Shown: positions 1 to 9,267, counted from the first letter of the stretch. The stretch: 17,913 bases of DNA from Candidatus Micrarchaeaceae archaeon (GCA_038877255.1 JAVYWZ010000014.1:1-17913); one strand, 5' to 3'. Translations and numbers: made by a program. The notes: generated by a model from the sequence alone, not told the origin.

Positions 1-186
1 TTCTTTCTGCGCAATTTCGTTATTGCCTGCAGGCTCAGCATTGCCACTTTCGTCAACATTTACCGCTTCTCCAGGAGAAAACAAGATATTGCCGAGTACG
101 CGCATGCACTTGAGAGATGGTAAATACTGCAATGCATAATAATGGTCTGACGTGCCATGCTTTACTGTAGTTATTAGTGCATTCAT
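1..186 (-). CDS. Hypothetical protein, N-terminal 62 aa (runs off window start)
   Basis: ATG at 186, 7 nt after the upstream gene's stop; open to position 1 (MNALITTVKHGTSDHYYALQYLPSLKCMRVLGNILFSPGEAVNVDESG...); not in the ORF track because it is truncated. Confidence 0.7.
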   Translation of the reverse strand, partial: MNALITTVKHGTSDHYYALQYLPSLKCMRVLGNILFSPGEAVNVDESGNAEPAGNNEIAQKE

Positions 187-193
187 TTAATTT

Positions 194-1261
194 TCAGCCT
201 GTTTCGTTCAGTGAAATGGCGAGGCTACACGCATTTGCACTTGTGCTGTTGCTTATTTTCAGGCACATGCTCGCATTCTTTGTGTATTCTGCAAGCGCGC
301 TGTAGCATGTGCTCTCAGCGGTTCCAAGCGAAGTGCAGATGCTTCCGTTATTTGTTTTTATTGCCTCTGCTATTAATACTGATTGCGTGCAAATGGTTTC
401 ATAAGAGCCCATTGTGCTGCAGCTTTGGAGTTCCTGCGTGAAGTTTGAAGTGGTGATGTTGGCGCTATGTTTTAACGATAATATTTCTAAACATGAAGGC
501 TGCAGTGCAGGCTCAGCGTATTTGCATGCTGTTGCATTGTCAGAAGCATACGCTACTCCAATCACGCAGAAGTCCTTTGCAGAATAAGCGGATACGGGTT
601 GCTGTGCTATCTGTCCTGTTGATTTTGCGGCATAGCCTACCAGAAAAAGTGTAACATTTTCTAGGTCTGCGTTAGAAACGTTCAACACTATTGTGTCAAC
701 GACTGTACTGTTCAAAGAGCTCGAGACGTTGCTGCAATATGCCACATTATCTGTAGCAAATGCCCTTTTTGACATTATTTCCGAAATACAAATTTCGTCG
801 CCTGTTTGATTTGCAGCATACGCGCACATGCTTGCATTTGCGTATTTCTCTGCAAGCACTTGATAGCATGCGCCTTTGTACGGCTCTTGTTCTGTATTGC
901 ACAGCGTGCTGTTCCCATTTCTCTCGGCAACATAGGAGATGCACTGGTATTCGCTGCTTGTGTTTGTTATTTTTCTGCATAGGCTAGCGTTTGCAGTATT
1001 TTCGGCTATTGCGGAATAGCAACCAGTTGCGTACTCGCTTGGTATTGTACTGCACATGCTTGTATTTGCAGTAGACACAGCAAGCCCTTTTATGCAATCA
1101 TATTTATTAGAGATTACTGCTATGCTTTCGCATCTGTCTAAAGGGGTATACGCACTTATGCTAAGCTGTATCGCTGCAGCAGTTACTAAGAGCACTGCTA
1201 TTGCCACTGCGTAAACCATTATCGCCTTCTTCTTGCTTATTGCTATGGGCTTTTCATCCAT
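194..1261 (-). CDS. Membrane-anchored/secreted cysteine-repeat surface protein
   Basis: Basic N-terminus plus hydrophobic helix (KKKAIMVYAVAIAVLLVTAAAI); ~25-aa repeats C..I......C....A....N.S.C; many N-x-S/T sequons. Confidence 0.85.
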   Translation of the reverse strand: MDEKPIAISKKKAIMVYAVAIAVLLVTAAAIQLSISAYTPLDRCESIAVISNKYDCIKGLAVSTANTSMCSTIPSEYATGCYSAIAENTANASLCRKITNTSSEYQCISYVAERNGNSTLCNTEQEPYKGACYQVLAEKYANASMCAYAANQTGDEICISEIMSKRAFATDNVAYCSNVSSSLNSTVVDTIVLNVSNADLENVTLFLVGYAAKSTGQIAQQPVSAYSAKDFCVIGVAYASDNATACKYAEPALQPSCLEILSLKHSANITTSNFTQELQSCSTMGSYETICTQSVLIAEAIKTNNGSICTSLGTAESTCYSALAEYTKNASMCLKISNSTSANACSLAISLNETG

Positions 1262-1266
1262 CGCAT

Positions 1267-1986
1267 CTACAAATTCGCTTCAGCAGATATTACATTGAAG
1301 CCACTGGGCGTTATCTCATAAGGCGTTATTGCAAAACTGTGATTGCTGCCGCGCATCTTCAGCACCTCCATTGCCAATGTGCGCCTGTCTTCCTTGCCTG
1401 CTTCGTACATAACTATAACTCCATCGAAGATGAAAAATTCCGGACCAGTATTCCGGCCTAACGCACCGGGATCCTGAAGTTCAGAGGTCACTAGCGAAGT
1501 CACGTTCAATCTTCTAAGGTTGCTTATGAGCGAGAGCATCGAATACCTAAATGTACCAGTATCGTTTATCAACATCTCCACTACGCTGAGCGAGTCTATC
1601 ACTACTATTTTTGCCTTGTATGAGCTTATTATGGATTCTATATCTGATACTATCTTTCCGAATTCGTAAGCATTGGCGCTGCCGCTGCGGATTATCGTTG
1701 CAGGATCTTCACCGTCTATTATCAGCTTTTTGCTTGCGATTAGCGAGTCTATGTCTGTAAGTTCGCTAAAAGCTTCTTTGGCATTTTCTATAACCCGCTC
1801 GGGCTCTTCTTCCATGGCGAAAAACACAGAAGTGTTGCCTGCCTTTGCATTGTTGTACAAGTACTCAAAGCCCAGAAGCGTTTTGCCTGCACCGGGCCCA
1901 CCAGCAAGTATCACTTGGTTGCCTTCCGGTATGCCACCGTAAAGCATAGAATCAAGACCCTCAATTCCTGTCTTTACCCTATTCAT
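1267..1986 (-). CDS. Single-domain KaiC/RAD55-like (RecA superfamily) ATPase
   Basis: RVKTGIEGLD, Walker A GGPGAGKT, MEEE, Walker B VVIDS, KMRG; start most likely ATG 1986 (or 1992/1995), not 2028. Confidence 0.92.
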   Translation of the reverse strand: MNRVKTGIEGLDSMLYGGIPEGNQVILAGGPGAGKTLLGFEYLYNNAKAGNTSVFFAMEEEPERVIENAKEAFSELTDIDSLIASKKLIIDGEDPATIIRSGSANAYEFGKIVSDIESIISSYKAKIVVIDSLSVVEMLINDTGTFRYSMLSLISNLRRLNVTSLVTSELQDPGALGRNTGPEFFIFDGVIVMYEAGKEDRRTLAMEVLKMRGSNHSFAITPYEITPSGFNVISAEANL

Positions 1987-2055
1987 GTGCATCATCTTTA
2001 TTGGTGCATAATAATTTAATAAAAGCACGCATATAATACTACCGTTGGCGTTTTG

Positions 2056-2820
2056 ATGAACTTCCGTGTGCTTCTTTTAGGGCTATTGCTATTTGTAGTC
2101 GGAATCGTCATTGCCGCAGGCTCTGTCTCGTCTACGTTGCCCTCTTTTTCTTCGGTGTCTGCAATACATGTGTTAAACGTGAGCGGCGGTTCTACGAGCT
2201 ATGTGCTGATTCAGCTTAATGATACGGGTGGCTTTTCGCTAAGCTATAATTCAAGCGTTCCTGTAGTGTTTGTGCTCGCAAACAGTTCAGCTTTTAACCG
2301 CATTACTTTTAACTCGACAGCCATTACATTAGCTGCAGAATCGCTTGAAGGCAAGGGCGTTTTTGAATTGGCGAACGGCTCTGTGGGCATATTTCCGTAT
2401 GAAAATCTCACAGCATCAAACATCACAACCCGGTTTCCTGTACCTAAATACGCAGAGAGCGAAAGCCTTTTTAGCCCTGGCGCATATTATGCAATATTCT
2501 CAAATACAGGCAATAGCACAGCGCATATATTAGTTAAGTCTGCCATAATCACAGCAATGACCGTTTCCTCAAACGAAATAACACAGCTCAGCAGAAGCAG
2601 CAGCTATATTATTATTTCGTCAATACTTATGCTCTTAGGCATACTGCTTATCGTAATCTCTTTGTTCATGCATGGTCGAGAAAGCCCTAAAAAAACAGCA
2701 GAGAGCGAGGAGGAAATAAATAAGCTTTACAGCAGAGTAGAAAAGGCAGAAAAGGCAAGCCGTGTTGGCAGAGCAAGGCATAGCAATACTCATGTTAGAG
2801 GCAAGAATGAAAAGAGGTAA
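2056..2820 (+). CDS. Membrane protein: N-terminal signal/TM, extracellular domain, C-terminal TM and basic tail
   Basis: Hydrophobic N-terminus, several N-x-S/T sequons, second TM (YIIISSILMLLGILLIVISLF), charged tail; ATG at 2056. Confidence 0.8.
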   Translation: MNFRVLLLGLLLFVVGIVIAAGSVSSTLPSFSSVSAIHVLNVSGGSTSYVLIQLNDTGGFSLSYNSSVPVVFVLANSSAFNRITFNSTAITLAAESLEGKGVFELANGSVGIFPYENLTASNITTRFPVPKYAESESLFSPGAYYAIFSNTGNSTAHILVKSAIITAMTVSSNEITQLSRSSSYIIISSILMLLGILLIVISLFMHGRESPKKTAESEEEINKLYSRVEKAEKASRVGRARHSNTHVRGKNEKR

Positions 2821-2824
2821 TTTT

Positions 2825-3184
2825 GTGATTCCGAATATAGACCCAAAAACTTTGAAAAGCATGATGGACAGGCTGGGCATAAAAAGCAGCAATGTAGACG
2901 CGCAAAAAGTCACGATAGAGCTGCCTGATAAATACTTGATAGTAGACAATCCGCAGGTCCTGCAGATAGAGGCGCAGGGCGTAAAATCTTTTCAGATAAC
3001 GGGAAATATTAGCGAGATAAGCAAACAACAGCAGCCTGTTGAAATAGAAATAAGTGATGAAGACGTAAATTTCGTAATGGAGCAAGCAGGCATAACAGAC
3101 CCTATAAAGGCGCGCCGTGCCTTAGAAGAGGCGCAGGGCGATATTGCCCTCGCAATTTCTTTCTTGAAAAAAAGCAGCAAATAG
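2825..3184 (+). CDS. nac: Archaeal nascent polypeptide-associated complex protein (aeNAC)
   Basis: IDPKTLKSMMDRLGIK...NPQV...QGVKSFQITG NAC domain and UBA-like C-terminus (EDVNFVMEQAG...ALEEAQGDIALAI); GTG 2825 preceded by GAGGT SD. Confidence 0.93.
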   Translation: MIPNIDPKTLKSMMDRLGIKSSNVDAQKVTIELPDKYLIVDNPQVLQIEAQGVKSFQITGNISEISKQQQPVEIEISDEDVNFVMEQAGITDPIKARRALEEAQGDIALAISFLKKSSK

Positions 3185-3188
3185 CGCT

Positions 3189-3500
3189 CTAATTCGACAG
3201 GTTGAAGATCTGTGCGCATGGAATGCCTTCTATCTCAATTATGCTCTCTTTATTTACAAGGCCGTGCTTTACAAATATGCCAACAGATCTTTTTCCAACA
3301 ACATTTGCAGAGTAAATCTTCGCTTTAGAAATTACTTCTTCAGCGCTTTTTTCATCTAGTTTCTCACCCTTGTAGAAACCAGCATACGTTTCCAGATCCA
3401 GTTGTCTTTTGCCTTCCTCATATTTTCTGCCTATGAGCTCTTCGTCGCAAGCTGCAAAGATATAGCCATTCTGCGTTTCATGTTTCTTCAAATAAATCAT
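3189..3500 (-). CDS. DUF424 family protein
   Basis: AACDEELIG, FYKGE and ANVVGKRSV motifs; 103 aa. Confidence 0.88.
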   Translation of the reverse strand: MIYLKKHETQNGYIFAACDEELIGRKYEEGKRQLDLETYAGFYKGEKLDEKSAEEVISKAKIYSANVVGKRSVGIFVKHGLVNKESIIEIEGIPCAQIFNLSN

Positions 3501-3503
3501 AAA

Positions 3504-5051
3504 CTAGCCGTATTTGTAAAAGAAAAAGAATGTTGAGCTGTAAAGTATTCCGTACCAAAGAAGCCACATTGCGCCAGAGAAGTTGTAGCTAAGAAATGCA
3601 AACACGCTTGATGCAAAGATCGCTGATGAAAATATGAGTTCTGTGCGTGCATTGCTTAGTGCTAGCATAACATTACCCGACATGTTGTGCATGTCGCCCT
3701 TTATCCAACCCATTATGGGGCTTTTGTCTAGCAATGCAGCAATTGCCGCTTTTAACCTGACAAATGACAATGCGAAGTTCAGTGCTAAAATCATTATGCC
3801 TTTTGAAATCGAGTTAAAGTAAATTTTAGTTATTGCAATAGGCACCAATATAGAAAGCAGGAATGCGTTTAGCCCAAAGAGCTCTATGTTAAAAGGTGGG
3901 TATTTAAACTCAATTAATTGCCTTACTGCAACGTATGCTATTGGTGCTGATGCAAATACTGACAGTATTGAGATTATTGTGAATGCAACGAGTATGAATG
4001 ACAGATAGTTTAAGCCAAGGCCGTGAAGTGCATAATCTATCTTTGAAAGCGCAGAAATCGTGTGCTTCTTATTCTGTTTCCAGTTTCTAATGAAGTGCAA
4101 CAGGAATTGCGTATCGCCGTAGTTATAGCGCCACTGCTGTCTTGCAAGCTCTGTAAAGGTGGTAAGCGGTTTACCAAGTGCATAGACCTTTGGTATGTAA
4201 ACGCTCTTGAAGCCTTTAGCATCAGATTCGAAGCTAAAGAAGGTATCCTCTATTATGAATTCCGGAAAGCCGCCGAGCTTGTCAAGCGCCGACCTGCGTA
4301 TTAGCCCGCATGAGCCGGCAAATATCGCAGTGTTGTTAAGTGCTCTAGAAGGCTGTATGAACTTAAAGAAGAACGCATCAAAGAGGTCTACGCAACTTGA
4401 GAAGAAATTGCCGTTCGCATATCGCTTTTCGGTTTGAACGAAAGCCACTTTCTTATCGTTAAAATATGGCAGAAGGTCTACAAGGAAGTCTGTGTTTGTA
4501 AGCCTCTCGTCGCCGTCAAAGAGTGCAATGAACTCCTCTTTTGAGTAATTAAGCATATTATTGAGCGCACCGGCCTTGAATCCGTTGCGTTTGTCTCTGT
4601 GCAAATACGCAATGCCATTTTGCATGCAGAATTGCTGCAGCTCATCTATTGTCTCTTTCTTAGTAGAGTCATCAAGAAGATAATACGTTAACTTGTTTGG
4701 GTCGTAGTTCATCTTCTTTAGCGCAAGCAGATTTTTCTCTACCATAGTAGGGTCTTCATTATACACGGGCATTGCTATGGCAACACTCGGTAATTTATTC
4801 ATGGGCTTCAGCCCCGCCTGTATGTTCTTGAGATGTTCTTTGTAGAAAGAAGAGCGGTAATAAGAATAAGCAGAAGTGATATTGAAAACGCTGGAGATTA
4901 ATGAAAGCGCGAAGAACGACATGGCAAGCCAGTATAGAAGCGCGCTCTTTGCGGTAAATATCAAGTATGCAGATACCACTATGCCTATCGCGCTCATAAC
5001 AACAAACAAAAATACCGTAGCGCTTCTGAATAAAATGTCTTTGTTAAACAT
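3504..5051 (-). CDS. Processive GT2 glycosyltransferase (cellulose synthase/BcsA-like catalytic subunit)
   Basis: PVYNE, LLDDS, KAGALN, DGD, AGSCG, IEDT, QQWRY (QxxRW variant); two N-terminal and several C-terminal TM helices. Confidence 0.88.
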   Translation of the reverse strand: MFNKDILFRSATVFLFVVMSAIGIVVSAYLIFTAKSALLYWLAMSFFALSLISSVFNITSAYSYYRSSFYKEHLKNIQAGLKPMNKLPSVAIAMPVYNEDPTMVEKNLLALKKMNYDPNKLTYYLLDDSTKKETIDELQQFCMQNGIAYLHRDKRNGFKAGALNNMLNYSKEEFIALFDGDERLTNTDFLVDLLPYFNDKKVAFVQTEKRYANGNFFSSCVDLFDAFFFKFIQPSRALNNTAIFAGSCGLIRRSALDKLGGFPEFIIEDTFFSFESDAKGFKSVYIPKVYALGKPLTTFTELARQQWRYNYGDTQFLLHFIRNWKQNKKHTISALSKIDYALHGLGLNYLSFILVAFTIISILSVFASAPIAYVAVRQLIEFKYPPFNIELFGLNAFLLSILVPIAITKIYFNSISKGIMILALNFALSFVRLKAAIAALLDKSPIMGWIKGDMHNMSGNVMLALSNARTELIFSSAIFASSVFAFLSYNFSGAMWLLWYGILYSSTFFFFYKYG

Positions 5052-5085
5052 GATACCTTGCCTGTTTTTATTTGATTCTTGAATT

Positions 5086-5100
5086 GAAAAGAATATAAAT
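5086..5100 (+). promoter_or_regulatory. BRE/TATA promoter for tRNA-Ser
   Basis: GAAAAG followed by ATATAAAT about 30 nt upstream of the tRNA 5' end. Confidence 0.5.
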
Positions 5101-5130
5101 CATAGCAAGTAAATTTTAATAAGGTTGCAT

Positions 5131-5228
5131 GCCGGGATGGCGGAACCAGGTAACGCGCCAGTATATTTGGCGAAACTCGAGATCTGGTTGCCCTTCGGGC
5201 ATTTAGGGTTCAAATCCCTATCCCGGCG
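5131..5228 (+). tRNA. tRNA-Ser(CGA) with 13-nt intron (5162-5174) at position 30/31
   Basis: Acceptor GCCGGGA/TCCCGGC, discriminator G, T arm TAGGG-TTCAAAT-CCCTA, long variable arm TGCCC-TTC-GGGCA; removing TATATTTGGCGAA gives CCAGA-CT-CGA-GA-TCTGG; no encoded CCA. Confidence 0.93.
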
Positions 5229-5295
5229 CGTATCAATATCGATTCTCTGAGTTAGCATAAAGCAATATTCGTAAAAGGCCTTCGGCTTTCGAGCT

Positions 5296-7047
5296 TCAAA
5301 TTTCAAGTCTATCTTTTAACCTATAGTACTCCTTCCATAGCCAATCGGGCATGCGCTCGCCGAAGCTCTCGAAGAAGGGTTTGACATCTTCCAGCTCATT
5401 TAGCCAGCCCTCTCTATCTATTTTAGTAAGCTCATTGAACGCTTCTTCGCTAATGCCATCAGCATTGAATTCATCTATTCTCGGGATTATGCCTATTGGC
5501 GTTTCAATTCCCTTGGCTTTGCCGCTAAGACGGTCAGTTATCCAGTTAATTACGCGCATATTTTCTCCAAATCCGGGCCAAAGAAAGTTGCCTGAAGAGT
5601 CTGTTCTGAACCAGTTTACTCCATATATCCTTGGCTTGGCCTTTGCCTTTTCAATAACGCTTTTAAAATGATCAAAATATTCTGCCATGTTGTAGCCGCA
5701 GAACGGCAGCATTGCCATTGGGTCGCTTCTTACTACCCCTACTGTGCTACCTACTGCGGGCGTAGTTTCTGCTCTTAGCATGGCTCCAATAAGCACCCCG
5801 TGCTCTGTGCTCAGCGCTTCATAAACAAGAGGTATCAAAGATTTTCTCTTGCCACCAAATAGCATCGCGTCTATTTTCAGGCCTTCTTTAGAGCCGAAGG
5901 AAGGCGAAAGCTCCTTATAGTTTCTTATTGGAGTGGTGAATCTTGAGTTTGGATGTGCCGCAATTTCAAAAACACTGTTTCCTTGCCAATCTTCAAGGTT
6001 TGCAGGCCTGCTGCCAAGGCCTTCCCACCACGGCTCCAGCGTAGAAGTGTCTAAGGCCACGTTTGTAAAGATCGTATTGGTAAGTATCGCCTGCATTGCA
6101 TTTGGATTGCTGTGCGCATTAGTCCCTGCTGCAATGCCGAAAAAGCCGTATTCAGGATTGGTCGCCCTTAACTCTCCATTCCTAAGAACGATCCAAATGA
6201 TGTCGTCGCTCAGGAGCTTTACTTGCCAGCCCTTTTCTGCATATGCTTTAGGCGGCTTAATCATTGCCAAATTGGTCTTGCCGCTTCCGCTCGGGAAAGC
6301 TCCCGTTATCCCGAATCTCTTTCCTTGTGGGTCTATTACCTCTATGGCCATCATGTGCTCCGCAAGCCTGTTCTTGTGTTTATCTATATAGCTCTCTATT
6401 CTCAACGCATGGCACTTCTTGCTTAGCAGGGCGTTGCCTCCGTATGCGGAATTTACTGTAATAATAAGACGCTCTTCAGGAAACTGCACAATATATCTAT
6501 TTTTAGAATCCAGATTGCCTGTTGCCTGTATTCCAAAAACAAAAGAATCCTTCTTGCTGCAACGCAGTGCTTTTGTTGTGGTCTTTGCAATAATCATCTC
6601 GCTTATTACTACATATTTGCTGTCTGTAAGCTCTACTCCGCATCTTTCGAATTCTGAATTCTCCGGGCCGAGAATGTACGGTACAACATACATTGTTTTG
6701 CTTTTCATTACGCCTTGCAGCAACTTTTTCAATCTTTCAAGCATTTCCCCTTTTGCAATCCAGTGATTTGTAGGTCCTGCTTCCTCTTTTTCCTCTGTGG
6801 AAATGTATGTGTTCTCTTCGCTCCTCGCCACGTCCTTTTTATCGCTTCTGTATAAAAAACAGTCTTTATACCTTGAATCAAGCCTGATAAGCTCTCTGCC
6901 GTTAATCATGTCTTCTGTTAGTTTATCATATTCCTCTTTGCTCCCATTTATCAATGTTATGCTTGCAGGCTGCATCAAATCTGCGTATGCCTCTATTTTG
7001 GCGAACAGCTCTGGATTTGTGCCTTTTAGATCTTCAAATTTCATCAT
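5296..7047 (-). CDS. pckG: Phosphoenolpyruvate carboxykinase (GTP)
   Basis: DVARSE, YGGNALLSKKC, LAEHM, AFPSGSGKTNLAM, DDIIW, NPEYGFFG, AHPNSRF, DPMAMLPFCGY, VNWFR, WPGFGEN; start ATG 7047 or 7044 after GAGGCG, overlapping the aminotransferase stop. Confidence 0.97.
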   Translation of the reverse strand: MMKFEDLKGTNPELFAKIEAYADLMQPASITLINGSKEEYDKLTEDMINGRELIRLDSRYKDCFLYRSDKKDVARSEENTYISTEEKEEAGPTNHWIAKGEMLERLKKLLQGVMKSKTMYVVPYILGPENSEFERCGVELTDSKYVVISEMIIAKTTTKALRCSKKDSFVFGIQATGNLDSKNRYIVQFPEERLIITVNSAYGGNALLSKKCHALRIESYIDKHKNRLAEHMMAIEVIDPQGKRFGITGAFPSGSGKTNLAMIKPPKAYAEKGWQVKLLSDDIIWIVLRNGELRATNPEYGFFGIAAGTNAHSNPNAMQAILTNTIFTNVALDTSTLEPWWEGLGSRPANLEDWQGNSVFEIAAHPNSRFTTPIRNYKELSPSFGSKEGLKIDAMLFGGKRKSLIPLVYEALSTEHGVLIGAMLRAETTPAVGSTVGVVRSDPMAMLPFCGYNMAEYFDHFKSVIEKAKAKPRIYGVNWFRTDSSGNFLWPGFGENMRVINWITDRLSGKAKGIETPIGIIPRIDEFNADGISEEAFNELTKIDREGWLNELEDVKPFFESFGERMPDWLWKEYYRLKDRLEI

Positions 7048-8246
7048 ATCGCCTCGTGGGCATTGCAAAATTCATCAATTTTGCTCATTGCCAAAGATAG
7101 CGTTTCCTTATTAGGAAGCGCCACTATTCTGACATGATTTTTTGACCCAAAACCGGAGCCTCTTGTAAGCCATACTTGTTTTTCTATTAGCAGCTTATTC
7201 ACGAATTCTTTGTCGTCTTTAATGTCAAGAATTTTCATATTTACCTTGGGGAAGACGTAAAAAGCACCCTGAGGCAATACCGCCTGCATGAATCTGCTTT
7301 CATTTACAAGCTTAGTGGCGTATGTTGTTCTTTCCTTTATTTCCTTCGCAAATTTTTTAATCCAGTTAAAATGCTCTTTGCTAAGCATCGTATTTGCAAC
7401 CGCATACTGGGCTGGTGTGTTTGCTGAAAGCCGCATGCGCGCAAAGTCTATAAGTGTTTTGAGCAGTTCGTCACTTTTCGGGTCGCTATTTGGAATTAGC
7501 AAATAACCTATTCTTATGCCTGTGGCGTTTAATGACTTTGAAACACCGTTTAAAATGACATATGGCATGTCCTTTGCTATTTGTGACAAGCTCACAAAAT
7601 CGTTGGAAAAAACCAACTCATCATATATCTCATCGCTTATCAGCAAAATGTCCAGTTCATTTGCAATCTCTGCAAGCTCTTCCATTTCTTTTCTTTTTAT
7701 TATGGCTCCGGTAGGGTTGTTTGGCGAAGTTATGAGCAAGTACTTGATTTTTCTATTTTTCTTAAGCAATTTATTTAATCCATCTAGATCGATGCTCCAC
7801 TTTTCTTCTTCGTTGCTTTCGCCAATAATGGGCGTGCCTCCTGCTACTCGTATAAAAGGTTCATAAGATGCGTAATATGGACTTATCAGTGCCGCTTTTT
7901 CCTTCGGATTTAGCAAGCTAAGATTGAGGAATAAAAGAGCCTCACTTGCTCCCTGTGTCACTATTATGCGGTTAGGATCAGCATCAATTCCATAGAGGTT
8001 TTTATAGCGTTTAGCTATGGTATCGCGGAGTGCGCTAGCACCTTGAGAGTCTTCGTAAAAGGTATAATTATTTCTCAAAGCCCTTGCATATTCTTTTATC
8101 AGATACTCTGGTGTAGGAAAATATTTTGGAGGGTCTCCTGAGTTTAACGCAATAACTCGCTTCCCTTCTTCAGTGAGTTTTTTTGCTATTGCAGCGTCCT
8201 CTCTTATCGGGCTAGCCGCAAAGCCGCTCAATTTTGAGGTAAACAT
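7044..8246 (-). CDS. PLP-dependent class I/II aminotransferase (Ala/Asp aminotransferase-like)
   Basis: LNSGDP, PNNPTG, SDEIY, SK(PLP Lys)...GIRIG, GAFY, GSGFG. Confidence 0.93.
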   Translation of the reverse strand: MFTSKLSGFAASPIREDAAIAKKLTEEGKRVIALNSGDPPKYFPTPEYLIKEYARALRNNYTFYEDSQGASALRDTIAKRYKNLYGIDADPNRIIVTQGASEALLFLNLSLLNPKEKAALISPYYASYEPFIRVAGGTPIIGESNEEEKWSIDLDGLNKLLKKNRKIKYLLITSPNNPTGAIIKRKEMEELAEIANELDILLISDEIYDELVFSNDFVSLSQIAKDMPYVILNGVSKSLNATGIRIGYLLIPNSDPKSDELLKTLIDFARMRLSANTPAQYAVANTMLSKEHFNWIKKFAKEIKERTTYATKLVNESRFMQAVLPQGAFYVFPKVNMKILDIKDDKEFVNKLLIEKQVWLTRGSGFGSKNHVRIVALPNKETLSLAMSKIDEFCNAHEAI

Positions 8247-8283
8247 GACTGCAGTTTTTGCATTAAAATTTAATAAACCGTTG

Positions 8284-9267
8284 CTAATTATTAGAGAGCG
8301 ACTCTGCCTTGAGAAAAGTATACCATGCAGGTTCTTGCGTGCCGTTTACTGGTTCTGTAAGGTTAAGAAGTCCGTAATCGTTTCCTAGCGCGCCGTCAGA
8401 AAGCCCCCATAGGTCATACCAATATGCTGCCTTTACATATGGCTCTTTTGCAAAAAGCGAAAGGGCTTCTTTCATGAACTCGTTCTGCATGCTTGGGCTG
8501 TAGCCTGGAATGAGCTTCGATGAAGAAGGCATGCCAAACTCTGTTACATATATTGGTTCGTGCGTTAGGTTTTCATACATGCCTAAGCCAGCTATCCATG
8601 ATGCAGTGAAATTCTCTCCTGGCAAAAGCGGTCCGGGCAAATATGCATGCACCGAGATTGCGTTGCAATACCGCGCAGCACCGTACTGCCAAACCTGCGC
8701 ATACCAATAAAATGCTTGCGCGTTGTTTATTGGTGCGCCTCCAAAGCACACTATTGTCGCGTTTGGCTGCTTTGACCTTATTTCCTCTGCAGCGCTTTTT
8801 ATTATTAGAAAGTAGTTGTACGCGCTGCCGTTCATGAAGCCTGTCTGAAACTGCGCAACAAGCGGCTCGTTCCATATCTCCCATGTGTTTATGTATGGAA
8901 ATGTTGTAACTGCATTAGCTACGCTTTCATTCCATTCTGTTAAATTCCAGTTTTTATTTGCGAAGCCGTTTGGCACCGTTTCGTAATCGAGTATTCCAAG
9001 ATAATTGGCGTTGTAATGCGCATGCTCATAGTCGATTAACTGCATTTGTTCTGGGCTTAGCGTTATGTCTGTCCTGAAATATTTTATGCCACTCTTCAGT
9101 GCTTTTAACTCAGATGTTTCGTTTCCGTGCGTGCCTATGCCTAGCGTGTAGTTCAAGTGCGCAGGCAGGGCTGTAGCGCGTTGCGTTAAATCTGCCAGTA
9201 TAACAAGCGCAATAATGATTGCAAATGCCAATGCTAAAGATGCTCCTGCAATTTTTGCTTTGTTCAC
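8284..9267 (-). CDS. Membrane-anchored clan GH-A glycoside hydrolase (GH5/GH39-like)
   Basis: N-terminal TM; acid/base WEIWNEP, VHAY, nucleophile YVTEFG; GTG start overlaps the truD stop (GTGA) with a GAGGT SD. Confidence 0.85.
   Translation of the reverse strand: MNKAKIAGASLALAFAIIIALVILADLTQRATALPAHLNYTLGIGTHGNETSELKALKSGIKYFRTDITLSPEQMQLIDYEHAHYNANYLGILDYETVPNGFANKNWNLTEWNESVANAVTTFPYINTWEIWNEPLVAQFQTGFMNGSAYNYFLIIKSAAEEIRSKQPNATIVCFGGAPINNAQAFYWYAQVWQYGAARYCNAISVHAYLPGPLLPGENFTASWIAGLGMYENLTHEPIYVTEFGMPSSSKLIPGYSPSMQNEFMKEALSLFAKEPYVKAAYWYDLWGLSDGALGNDYGLLNLTEPVNGTQEPAWYTFLKAESLSNN

Noticed and set aside
2762..2824. Extended ORF-track starts (NAC 2762, PEPCK 7068, KaiC 2028, acidic peptide 17076)
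   Set aside because: They overlap neighbouring genes or promoters; SD/TATA placement and family N-termini support the downstream starts
5100..5306. 68-aa minus-strand ORF
   Set aside because: Antisense to tRNA-Ser; no protein features
5351..7866. Many plus-strand ORFs opposite pckG and the aminotransferase (and similar shadows elsewhere)
   Set aside because: Antisense shadows of well-supported genes with no recognisable motifs
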